A DNA stretch of 64,000 nt from Botryllus schlosseri. Its lineage: Eukaryota. The position numbers were made by a program, and so were the translations under genes. The stretch spans positions 2,048,001 to 2,112,000 of the forward strand of contig CM119378.1 in assembly GCA_051294905.1 (NCBI GenBank), given 5' to 3'. Shown here one piece after another: positions 11,437 to 23,600 of this stretch; position 1 is the first letter of the stretch; every line of letters starts with the position of its first letter. The notes under the pieces are model-generated. The model saw nothing but the letters and a program-made list of their open reading frames with translations. It made no database searches and was not told the origin of the DNA.

Positions 11437-12325
11437 ACTTCGTTTCCATGCACGGCCGCCGGACGGCCGAAAGGCCATGTCACATGCGTTGCACATGTCG
11501 GCCGTGTTTCCATGACCAGGCGTAATCCGACCGTGAGTTGGCCGAACTAGGTGGGCGAAACGTTCGCGATGATGTTTTTGGCTTACTTACTCAGTAATAA
11601 TTTCATAATAATCACAAGATTGCGATAAATGACTCGGTAGAAACGAGCCGAGACGACTTGTAGCGGCCATTCAATCAAACAACCCGCTTTGACCTGGAAC
11701 ACGTAGGCCTAAATCCAACATGTGAAATGGTCATGATGAACCACTTGCTTAAAACTAACGGAAGATAAAATAAGATTGAAAAAAGATAAAAATTAGGTGG
11801 CATATTTTAGTATGTGGGCGATATGGATATGGGATATCGTGGTCCGATAATTTCGAGCACAGACTAGTAACTTGCTGTCTAGTAGTCTACCGGTACTACT
11901 GTTTCGTCGTCGTGATTCAGACATGGACTCCGAGTGTCTTGTTGATGACTTGCTTACCGCAGGGGAATGTGAATAAGTTCACCTAGTTTGTTGTCAAACC
12001 GTACTTTGAAACAGAACACAAACCCTCGAATTGTGGTAGCAGGTAGCAGCGTATGTGAGCAGATCGCGAAGAAGATTTCGGTAGCCTAGGGGTAATTCGC
12101 AGCAGTACCGGTACTACTAACTTCCGTTACAATCATAATTAAATTCCTAGTTTCTCAATGCGTCCAAGATCTGTCCGGAGTGTCAGATACGAAAAGTGAA
12201 TTGTAAGTAGCAAATAGCGATCAGCTGATCGAAGACACAGCGGAAGCATGGCCGAACAGAAATTATCTCGTTCGTCGGCCGAGTCTCTCGAAAACGGGCC
12301 CGTCGGCCGTGCATGGAAACGCAGT
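11437..12325. mobile_element. Non-autonomous DNA transposon, PIF/Harbinger-like
   Basis: 22-bp TIR with one mismatch, ACT(T/G)CGTTTCCATGCACGGCCG / CGGCCGTGCATGGAAACGCAGT. AT-rich 3-bp flanks (TAT). Superfamily is inferred. Confidence 0.65.
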
Positions 12326-13275
12326 TATTGACCGTCATAACTCGCAACTTTACTATTCATGAACGACGTCGATTGACTGTAATTGTCGGACGGCAAGGTC
12401 ACAATCGGTGCGGCAGATTAATTTTTGCTTCATCTCGTATCACTGCGCTGTCACTATGTTCCTAGCAAACGCGATGAGTTTCACATTCCCCGGCTAATAA
12501 AATACTTTTGTTGTCGGAGGTCACAATAAGGCCTTATTCTTCAATTAATGGTCAGATTATTAATCATTTTCGATTTGTAATTAAACATCCTGGGGAAGAC
12601 CCGTCGCATTACGTTAGCACACCAGCATAATATGACTGCTCTGCTGGGGCTGATTGGTACAGAATTGAAGTGTCTATTGTCTTTGATACACCGCATAATT
12701 TGGTTGGAAAAAAAGAAGAATGACGCCTTTACAAAACACCCGAATATATCTAATATTACACTGTGTTAATAAAGAAGAGCTGTGAAATATAAATATATCG
12801 ACAAGACTTCCAAATATTCTTACTCCACTGCTCTGCTAAGACTTTTAGCGTCATACCACGCTATTTCAATGAGGTAATATTGTCGAAGGTCCAAGCCTTT
12901 AATATTGCTCATTCCGGATATGTCAAAAGTCATTGAGTTACAATCATGTACGGTTGCGCGAAATTTCGTGGAATCGGAAAGGTGGATGCGAGTCTCATTA
13001 CGATCTTTGCCTTGTTTTATTCTGCTCTAACGTTCATATCGAAGTACTGTTACTTTTCAATGTCCCTTCGCACGTCTCTAGACTTCAATCATTGTCGGAA
13101 TACCCGTTAATTGTCAGAATAGGCACGCAAGTGTTTCACTTATAGGCATCCCGCAAGATTACCGGACCACAATCTCACTTATCGGCCTCGCCTAGCGACA
13201 CATGCCGCATTCATTTTCGTCGCTTTCTTTTATGTTATCCTTTTTCCAAATACACTGTGCACACCTCTTTTAGAT

Positions 13276-13730
13276 CAAGGGTCACCAACGCGGTGCCTGT
13301 GGGTCCCAGGTAGCCCGCGAGGACCAGATAAGTAGCCCGCGTGCCTGTTCTAAAAATATATCGCGTACCAGCATTAGGGCTGTTCAAAAATAACTTTTTG
13401 TTCTGGATTCCAGTCGGTCAATCATTAAATTGTCAGGTTACCCTAAAAAACGCTGCACACCAAATTTGTTTCAATTCTAACAAGTATAGGACTCCGCAGA
13501 TCCAATTAAAATTTTTAATTTAAACAGGAAATTAAAAAAATTTTTTTTAAATTTTCTGTCAACCCCATGAAATTGTTGAGCTGACTTCAGAGACGATGCA
13601 AAACAAATTTGACTCAATTCCAACTAGTAGAAGCGGAGTTATTGGAGTTTTTCGTTGATATTCCTCGGATTATCCTTGATAGGTGGATAATCCGAGGATT
13701 ATCAACGAAAAACTCCAATAACTCCACTCC
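13276..13730. mobile_element. hAT/Charlie-like 5' end (CAAGGGTCACCAAC) interrupted at 13375 by a partial palindromic TAGGGCTGTTC MITE
   Basis: Charlie-type subterminal GTAGCCCGCG motifs. 13375-13730 matches the left arm and centre of the 22798 element. Confidence 0.6.
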
Positions 13731-14269
13731 ACAGTCAGATTATTACCAGTGAACTTTTAAATATAAATATAAATCACACTAACGTGTAACTTACAAATGA
13801 CAATACATACATATTACATATATATAAACACTTAAAATGATGATGTAAAGTATCCTCAATTACAATTAGTAATATACCAACATGTAGCCTAATAGAATCA
13901 CAACATATCGAAGACGTGGGATACGGCGCTCTGCATACACAGGCGACATGATGGAATGCCATCCACGGTCTTCTTGAAATGGCGGGGGGTCCGTTGTGGT
14001 AGCTCGACGTCCAGGACAATGCCAAAGTAGTAAACAACATCACTATTCGGTAGCAGATAGCCGTGAAGTAGGCTACACATTTTCAATATCTGTATGCCCA
14101 TTACGTATATTGCATCTTTTGACACAGCTTGTTTCTCTAACACTCAACGCAGTTTAGTACTATATGTTTCTAACTTTCTGTAATCGTTGCTGCTGTCCTG
14201 TATAATGAAATCTGTCTTGTCTGGAAGCTGAACAGTAGATTGGAATTGTAACACTGCTGCAAACTGACC

Positions 14270-14570
14270 TCCAGCACCTCAAAGACCGCCAGGCTGCAGC
14301 AAACTTTTGGGGCCTTGTTAGACACGGAAAAGCACAGTGGTGTAGCCTATGCGCACTGCGCAGCAAATATGAAGATTGCAAACGTGTTTGTTTCAATTTA
14401 TCGTTGTGCATCAGCCTTGTCGGACATAAACTTCATCAAAAAGAAACACAGAACACGCCTCACAAATGTACATCTGGAACACCCACTCAGAGTTACAGTA
14501 TCAAGGCACATACCAGAGTACAGCGCACTATAGTTGATCGCATGCAATGCCAGGCTTCCCTCTGACCAAT
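14270..14570 (+). pseudogene. hAT (Charlie/Buster, GTF2IRD2-like) transposase C-terminal remnant
   Basis: FVSIYRCASALSDINFIKKKHRTRLTNVHLEHPLRVTVSRHIPEYSAL resembles the FGSTYxCExxFSxMxxIKxKxRxRLTDxHL dimerisation motif. Stops and frameshifts present. Confidence 0.8.
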
Positions 14571-15065
14571 GTAGAAACAGATAACATGATGTCCAGTCTA
14601 AAGTGTCACATGATTTATTTTAAAATTTGAGTTGACTGTTGTTGTATAATTTACACGCAAAGATTATTGTGGGCTGTCTCTCGTGCACTTTGTGCATTTG
14701 GTCATTGGCCATGACACCCAATTAGGCCGTAGATGATGAGTAAGAGAGGAGGTGAGTATCATCAGCGACCAGTGTCGTACTCAATGAATAGGATCGAAGT
14801 ATATTGAAAGGAGAATATTGTGATCTACGTAGTCACTATAGTCATAACGCATTTTTTAGATCAAGAAAAATACTACACGCCGCATTTCGCGTCTCCGGGA
14901 TATCGTAACTGCTCAGGTTCTCAGTGCTCAGCCACTGCTAGGAGGGCATGCGAGGTTTGATGTTTGTTGCGGCAGCCAAATTGGTGAGGGGCAATTATAA
15001 ACCTTTTGGCGAGGTATGAAGATAGGCGGGACATGAGCAACTTTTCGAAGACAAATCCCAATACA

Positions 15066-16360
15066 CAGGGCCGTAACAGCACTTCGTCAGGCCCCCCCCC
15101 AAAACTTTGGTCTTGGGCCCCCCATAGGGTTATAGACCTAACTTCTGGGGGGCTTCGCCCCCCAGACCCCCCTCCGGCGATACACTATTTACCGCTATTT
15201 TTCATGTTCATTGGGAGTTTGTTTAGTGAATAAGATCTTGTCGCCTATGCGCTCGAAGCGCGGAAAAATTTCTACAGTTCATGCTGATTGAATCGGTCCA
15301 TATGATCGAGAATTGCCTATATTGTTATCAATTTTTATCTTCTCTCTGCTCACGTAATCAGATTTGCCAGTAGAGCTGAGTGAGGTGTGTTTGAAAAGGC
15401 AGGACCACTCCATTAATAATTAAACATCTTCAAGCGTATACCCGTTGGCAGGAACGAAACAGCACCTCGTCAGGCCCCCAAAAACGTGGGTCTTGGGCTC
15501 CCATAGGGTGATAAAACGACCCCCCATCACGTTGTTCGCGTTTGTCACGAAATCATCTGTACTATATTGTGAGCCAGCACGAAGCGCGAAATTTTTCGAT
15601 AATTTATGATAAAATCGGTCAATCAGATCCGCGATTGCATATATATTATGCTATCAATTTATTTTCCTCTCTACTCACGTAATTAGATTTACCGGTAGAG
15701 CTGAGTGAAGTGTCTTGAAAACGGGATGGCCCGCAAATATTAATTAAACATCTTCTGGCGGGCGGACCCGTTGATATGACTTCGTTACATGATGTTATTT
15801 CGTAACTTCCAGTCTGCTATATCAAAACATATAGAATCGCCCAAACGTATAGGCTTCTAAACTAAGAGACGCACACGATTTCAAATTGGTATTTCTTCAC
15901 TGGCATAAATTTTTTCCCAGCGGGATGGTATTTGTCTTGTGAGGTTCAGATTGCAAAGACAGGAACATTCGGCGTCAGTCATTTAGGCGCCTATGTACAA
16001 TTAAACCTGTGTGTATTTTATATATAGAACGCAGTCTTCGGTCAGCATAAGGGCATAGACCTTTTCGGCCAAGGTTTTCTCGCTACCGATCGTTCTGGTA
16101 CACTTCTTGGAGTCGCATGTTATATTGCCTAAAACTTGATTATAGGTCTTGGTGGGTCGTAGCGCGGTAATGGCCTAATACCGAATACTAAAGATAAATG
16201 GCGTCTTGAATTCGCGCGCAGCGCGAAAAAAATTGAAAGATTGGCATAAATTTTCAAAAAATACTTTATTATTTATGCTAATTCACGAAATAATTTGGGG
16301 CCCCCTTTGAGCTCGGCCCCCCCCATTTGGGGGGTTTGGGGTGCGGCAGTTACGGTGCTG
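15066..16360. mobile_element. Non-autonomous hAT (Tip100-like) element with internal tandem duplication
   Basis: Termini CAGGGCCGTAAC / GTTACGGTGCTG. Perfect 8-bp TSD CCAATACA. About 15070-15450 is repeated at about 15450-15770. Confidence 0.85.
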
Positions 16361-16644
16361 CCAATACACAAAAGAACAGATATCGATCTGTTGGCTAGCT
16401 GGTAAAAAGGAAAGATATTTCGAAATAAATACTTCCATATTAATTGTACAGTGAGTAGGTCTATTTCGAGGTATGCCACAATGAAACAATTTTGCATGTC
16501 ATCGTGAATAATATGTTTGCATATGTTTAAGGGTTATATGAAAGTCAATAAACCATCACTGTCGCATATAATTATCGAAGTAGATTTGTAGTACTGTTGG
16601 AGTCGGAGTCGGAGCTCTGTGAGGAAAATAGTCGATGTCGAAGC

Positions 16645-18282
16645 CAGGGCTTTGGAGCAGCCGTAAATTTGCAGTGCTCCAGCTCCGGCTCCGGAGCTTT
16701 CTTCTATCATACACTAGCTCCGGCTCCAGCTCCGGAGCCGCATTATTACCACTGCTCCGGCTCCAGCTCCGGCTCCGGCTCTGTAAACTATCGAAGGTGC
16801 CTGTGTTAGTATATATCTGGGGTGGGCAACCCGCGCCCTGCGGGCCATATGTGGCCCGCGAGAAGGTTTTAAGTAGCCCGCGAGCTCATTTCCCATTATA
16901 TTATCGAAATCCTGTTATATTATCGAAATTGGTTTGCTCAGATTGTGAACTTGCAAGGCCAACCAAAAATATGACTATAGTCTGGCCGCAACACTTGGGA
17001 TGTTGATGACTAAAATATCAGTTCTGACGCATTGGCAGATCCAGGGTCCAGTCACATTTCAAGTAAATCGTCGTACATTACAATAAACTAGAAGAGTAGT
17101 ATAATTTTTCTTCGCGCTTCGCGTGTTTAATTGGCACACGATTTTTTGCTTTGTAGCCTACCCCCTCCTGAAAATGAAAAAACGCCTGATTTAGCCGATT
17201 GAGTCTAACTATATTCGAAATTACGAGAGAAAGTCTTTTCGCGTTTGCGCTCGCGGAAAGATCGTCGACGATGAAATGTAGGCACAAAATGATTGTCGTA
17301 TATTACCGGAAATCTTCGATATCGATATGTCCAGCCGCGTCCTTGCTCTTGAGCTATACTCTCTCGTTTCGCCAGACAGTATCGTTGCGTCACACTGCCA
17401 ATCTCCTCAACAATGAATAATTTGGGGCTGATTGTTGGGGTTCATGGGCCACGAGCGGAATAAAATTTATATTTTCGCAAGCAGTACAGCGTCAGCTTTC
17501 GATTGATACCCGGTTCATCAAATTTAATGTTCGGCAATCCGGTCAAAATCACCGTCAATTTGCCTTTGATTAAATGTAAAGTATGACGTGAACCAATTTC
17601 ATTGAGCCGTGAGATTTGGTTGTGTCGACACCATATAGGACACTAGGCTAACACTGTCCAATTTCGCGGCCCGATTAACGAACTATCATGAAAGAACGAG
17701 TATTTGCTCATCCAATTCATAGCAACAATGAGATGGAATTTCTAGGCTCGTGCTCGTCATATTGACATGTGCATTGTGCAACGAAATCACGTTTTTATCC
17801 TCTCTCCCATTTCGCGTAATACATAGTGATCATTATTTTCGAACCGTACAATTGGCCAACAAGGTTGTGCTGATGATGAAATTGCGGGTATGCCGAATAC
17901 CCATAATATTCACAGGCATATCTAGCATACCGAGGTTCGGCATTCATGTATGAAAATTGTACATTGAACTTATGACTGCTCTGCTGTTAAATCCCCAGGA
18001 ACATGGTTAGTCGGATAAGGTAGCGCCAAAGAGGAAAAGATTCATAATTTCGTGAAGGCCTGCTGCTGAATTATGTGAGCTCAGCAGATATGGTTGTTGC
18101 ATATATAATATCATCATATGAAATACGTCGGAGCCGGAGCTACCCGTCAAATAACTAGCTCCAGCTCCGGCTCCGGCTCCGGCAGAATTTTATATAGAGC
18201 TCCGGCTCCGGCTCCAGCTCCGGTAAAAATGCACGGCTCCGGGGCTCCGGCTCCGGGCTCCGGCTCCGGCTCCAAAGCCCTG
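16645..18282. mobile_element. hAT MITE with (GGCTCC)n subterminal repeats, nested inside a (GGAGTC)n hAT element ending at 18405 and containing further insertions
   Basis: TIR CAGGGCTTTGGAGC / GCTCCAAAGCCCTG. Perfect TSD GTCGAAGC. Host remnants at about 16599 and 18320-18405 (CCGACTCCACAGCCCTG). Confidence 0.85.
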
Positions 18283-19972
18283 GTCGAAGCCAAGTAGGAG
18301 TAGGTGCGTTTAAAGGCTCGAGAGTCGGAATTGGAGTCGGTATATTGAAAATGTCTGAAGTGGGAGTTGGAGTCGGTGGTACAATTTACCGACTCCACAG
18401 CCCTGGTTAAAGCACACTGTGTAAAATTTGATTGACACGTGGTATGAAGGGAATGTTAATTGAGTTTGCAGAAGCTAGAGGTCGAAGTTGATCATCATAA
18501 ATTTTGGAATTTACTTTCATTTTCTTCTCTTTTTGCTACATTACGAATGTGCTATTTTTTGAGTTCTGAGTTTCTTAATGCAACAAACCTCCATTCAGGC
18601 TGGAACTGACTTAATGATCTCCCGATCCTTTCGCTACAGCCTGGATCTATATTGAATCGTATTTCGCTTTGAGGTGGAACTATAGAGCCGAAAAAATTCT
18701 CTTTCTCTCTCTCTCTCTCTCACTCTTTTTAAAAGTCGGCTTTCAGGATTTCTTCGCCGAAATAGGAATGATTAGCATGATTTTACCAAAGTTATTTCGG
18801 AATCTGAATTGGAAATTCAGGATTCTGAATTCCGAATTACAAGCCGGAGCCGGATGGAATCGGATCCCGAAAATTAGGAATCCGACCATCTCTGGTTGAG
18901 TGTTCCTCAAAATCAGTGAACCATTGAATAACGTTTGTCGTTTTGATTTCCGCTTCATTTGAAAGGACTGCGTCCCTAGTAACTGAGACATGGCAGTGGT
19001 ACTGTTACCGTAGTTTATTTTACTTTAGCATAATATATATAGATATGTTATATACTAACCGTTATTTTAGATATATATTGGGGATTTTCGCATGGTTTAA
19101 TATGCTTTCAGGGCGACTGTTATAATAATGCTGTCACTGATATAATCTACACAAGACGAAATGCCTGTCGGCTGTCGGATTTGACTAATCCAATTCGTGA
19201 AATCTTTCTATGCTCTAATTTTAATTCTAATATAGTTTCTTAGCTTCCTGAAAATGCTACAGGAAAACTGTATACTACGAAATGTGCCAAGCCTGGTGTA
19301 CAGATATTTGTCATTCTTATGGTATGACGCTATATAAAAGCTATAAGAGAATGAACTCTATAATAGTATGAACGCTATAGCTATGGTATATCAGAAGTTT
19401 GGAGTTCGAATCAAAGATCTCTCACAGTTCGCTCAGAATAAAATAATGTAGCCTACCTGCATCTGTTTTAGTTTCTAATTTAATAATTTATTCATACTGG
19501 AATAAACCCAAATATTTCGGTATTAGTATAGTTTCAGTATGTCGGCCTAATTGTTGCCTAGATCACAATTGTCTCAGCATTTCATGAACCACATATGTAT
19601 TTCTATCTTGATTTATCCTCGTATGTTTGCAGATTTTATGCATCATTTTCGAAAGGATTTGCACTTAAATGTTCTATTTCATCCGACAAATGCAGTAAAG
19701 AGAGTTCGGGTGTTTCCGTGGCAATTCAAACGCTGAAATGGCAGCGAACCCTAATAACGGCGTACGTATGACGATATATTTCTTGATTCATATCTGTTGG
19801 AAAAGTGCCAACTATACAAGCTTTTGTAGTTTTTCTGACGCTTAACTGTATAGCCTATTTCATGCAACAAGTACTGCCATGTAGGAATGGCCATGCAGGA
19901 TACCCTACTTAATAGCCTGGTATGAAATCCTTTAATAAAATGGTCACTAAGATCCTTACCGGGATACTAAAT

Positions 19973-20400
19973 CAGGGATTTCCGACCATAAACCTTTTTT
20001 AGAAAATATATGAAAAAATTTATAATAAATATCTATGTCTAATCCACTGTAACTAGAGAAATAACTTGAAATTTTATAAAAATACCTGTACAACGATGCC
20101 TTACTGCTTTATCTTGAGTTTAGTTTCTCCGCTTCTACACCAAACCGGAAATTAATACATCGTCAGAGTAAAAACAAGCTCACCCATCATATTAACTGAA
20201 TGTGCATTTAACTAATTAATATACATGTATTGTGTGCTGTATTTATATCATTTTATCATTATATTTATAACTATACAAAAAATGCATAAACCATTGTTTT
20301 TTTATTAAAATAGGCTATAGTTTCTCAAATTTTTGAATGGTTGATTGATTTTTCATAATTTTCATAGGGGGCCGCTTTGTAAAAAGGTTAGCAACTCCTG
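19973..20400. mobile_element. hAT MITE
   Basis: CAGGGA...GCAACTCCTG with flanks TACTAAAT / CACTAAAT. Confidence 0.6.
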
Positions 20401-20551
20401 CACTAAATAATGTTATTCAACGTCTCTTGGGATTTAGAGCCTCAGTTGAGACCCGTTACTTGACGAAAGGTGATAAGTTCACAGTATGTGATTGTAGACT
20501 TCTATTTAGGAGCTACCTCGGGCCGCGCCTCGACGCCATGGGCCGTCTCGA

Positions 20552-20603
20552 ATGCTGGGCTCGAGTGGTTACGGGATTGGAAGAGCTGTAGCAGAACTTC
20601 AAG
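20552..20603 (+). CDS. SYNE1: Nesprin exon 1 (coding part; acceptor at 20509/20510)
   Basis: MLGSSGYGIGRAVAELQ+G|gtatgt. Phase 1 joins the next exon to give ELQ-D-RHQSVQKRTF, like nesprin-1 RLQDEQEIVQKRTF. Confidence 0.7.
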
Positions 20604-23600
20604 GTATGTCCGTCTACCTTTTGACATTACCATTCATTATGGCATCCAATCAGTATCAAAGATCTGGAAAGTTGAAATATGTAACTTTTATATGACCGCA
20701 AAGTTATCTTTGTGCTTTGGATGTTGCGATACAACCAATTCAACTTATAAGGCTTCTATTTTGGAAAGTAGTATTGAAATTATGATTTTCGTTCATATAT
20801 TATTATATCACAAAATGAGACCATAATGCTGGCAATCTCGTCGGCTAGTTTGATGGCATGGAAGGTTATGACAGTGGATGAGGCAATTCTCAAATATGAA
20901 ATTCGGTCTAAAGACAGGGCAACAACCACGAAATTGAGGTTAATCGCGCAGAGCTCGAAAAAAAATGAGTTGAAGTGAGTTTCGCGGCCCCCTTCAAATG
21001 CTCTCAAGCCCCCCAGTTTATGAACCAATGTTCTAGACATATCTTTACTCGCTTGCGATTATGATTTCACGAAATCGCAATCAATTTGTGATAATAATAT
21101 TTATTATTTGCACCGTATTGATATCATAAATTATGGTTCAAAATTATATTATTTTCAAGAAACAATGTAGTCTCCTACGTTTCAAAATAGGCCCGAATGA
21201 TAACCTCATTAACCTGGATACTGAATTCGTATAAACAAGCAACAGATTGCTGATAAGCAGACACTTAGAAGTTAACAAATAAGCCTCCTGAAGAGAAAAA
21301 AAATCAACGATTTCTGTAACATCACTTTACTAGGTGATTGTGTGTTTAATCGATTACTAATTGCAATCACTGAAACTTAACTAGCCTCGATTAACCGACC
21401 TCATAACTAACTATTTTTGTCAATCACTAGAGTTATCCAACTATAGACCCATATCAATATTACCAGTTTTTTCTAAAATTTTGGAAAAATTATTGCTGAA
21501 TAGATTAACCAACTTCACAATGAATTTAATATAATATCTAAAAAACAGTTTGGGTTTAGAGAAAACCTGCATGCAGCAATTGATAGTGTTCATAACATCT
21601 ATCATAGCTTTTTTAACAAGCTATCAACCATTCGTGTTTATCTAGATCTGCAAAAGGTATTTGGCACAGTCGATAGAATAATAATACTAGGCAAATTACA
21701 CTACTATGGTTTTAGAGGAGTTGTGTTTAAACTATCGGAGTCCTACTTGAACAACAGAAGCCAATTTGTTAAAAGTAACGAATTTTCATGCGATAAATCA
21801 ATAGTTTAAATGGGTGTACCACAAGGGTCCGTACTAGGTCCCTTCTTGTTTTTGATGTATATAAATGACTTAGATAAAATGCCGCTGACCTTACTATCCA
21901 GTTATTTGCAGTTGACACATCCCTGGTGCTATCATCGAACAATATAACTTACTTAGAGTCCTCTTACAACTCAAACCTACAAAAATATTGGATTGGATGA
22001 ATAATAATAGATTAACTATAAATACCTCAAAAACTCACCCTATGCTCTTTGGAAGGATTTCGAAAAGAAATATTGATATAAGGCTGAATGGGGGAAGCCT
22101 GATTCTTCAGACAGGCATAAATTATCTAGGTATAGTTAGTGATAATAATCTGACATGGGGTGAGCATATAACCACTATCTGCAACAAGCTATCTAAGGCC
22201 ATAGGAATCATTCGAAAGTCACGTTTTATATTACCAAGGTCCACGCGTATAAGGATTTGTCATACCCTATTTCACTCTCATCTAACTTATGGTATCATCC
22301 TCTGGGGATCCACATTAGAGAAACATTTGGATCGAGATAAGAGTCTGCAAAATAAAGCCATCAAACTAATGTGCCTTGCCAATCGTGGAGATCGCGTTAA
22401 CCTTTTATATTATAGTCAAAAGATCTTGAAAATTGATGATCTCTATAGATGCATAAGTACTGCAATAATACCCTACCTGACATTTTCTCGGACTATTTTA
22501 CCCCTATCAGTGAACATCATTCTGATTTTACAAGAGGTTCTCTCTTGAATTTGTATTTACCCAAGGCTCAAAACCCTTGCCTATCAAGGTCCTCTAATAT
22601 GGAACTCCATCCCTTCCCATATTAGGAGCAATTCTTTATACCGGTATGTATTTAAAGCCATGTATCACGCCTTTCTTATTGACTCATACAAAAGCTAAGA
22701 GTGTTTTTAAGGCCAACTAGTAGGCTATCAGTCAACATATTTTGTTTGTTCTGATGCACTTTCTATTCATTTCCTCGGTTTATCCTAGCATGTGCACTAG
22801 GGCTGTTCAAAAATAACTTTTTTTCCTGAATCTTGCTGGTTACTTGATTAAATCGTTAGGTTGCCTTAAAAAACGACGCACACCAAATTTGAATTCATTC
22901 CGACAAATATTCACCGGTTACGTAGAGTTTGAAAATTTTGGATTTGCCCAAAAACGCAAAAAAAATTTTTTTGCAAATTTTTCTGCCAACCCCATGAAAT
23001 TGTTGGGCTGTCTTCAAAAACTATGCAAAACAAATTTGACTCAATTCCAAGCCGTAGAAGCGGAGTTATTTCAGTTTTTATTCGATAATTCTGGGATTAT
23101 CCTTGATTGGTGGATAATCCAAGAATTATCACCGAAAAACTGGAATAACTCCGCTTCTACGGCTTGGAATTGAGTCAAATTTGTTTTGCATAGTTTTTGA
23201 AGACAGCCCAACAATTTCATGGGGTTGGCAAAAAAATTTGAGAAAAAATTTTTTTTGCGTTTATGGGCAAATCCAAAATTTTCAAACTCTACGTAACCCG
23301 CGAATATTTGTCGGAATGAATTCAAATTTGGTGTGCGTCGTTTTTTAAGGCAACCTAACGATTTAATCAAGTAACCAGCAAGATTCAGGAAAAAAAGTTA
23401 TTTTTGAACAGCCCTAATGTGCACTTACGTTCATCCTGCCAGTACTACAATTCACTGTTACCGTGCGATGTATGTAATTTATAGCCAATGTACGCCTATC
23501 AGCTGCAGTTGGCTCGATGATCAACAGATCACTTCGCTGCCTCTTCATCTTGCAATCATAAAACGTTTTGGCCTTCATTCTATGTACTGCGTGTCGTAGA

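Noticed and set aside
21988..22548. 186-aa stand-alone gene
   Set aside because: Fragment of the decayed LINE ORF2.
22844..23370. Near-identical ORFs on opposite strands (MIKSLGCLKKRR...), repeated at 42684-43210
   Set aside because: Mirror-image artefacts of a palindromic non-coding MITE; no protein features.
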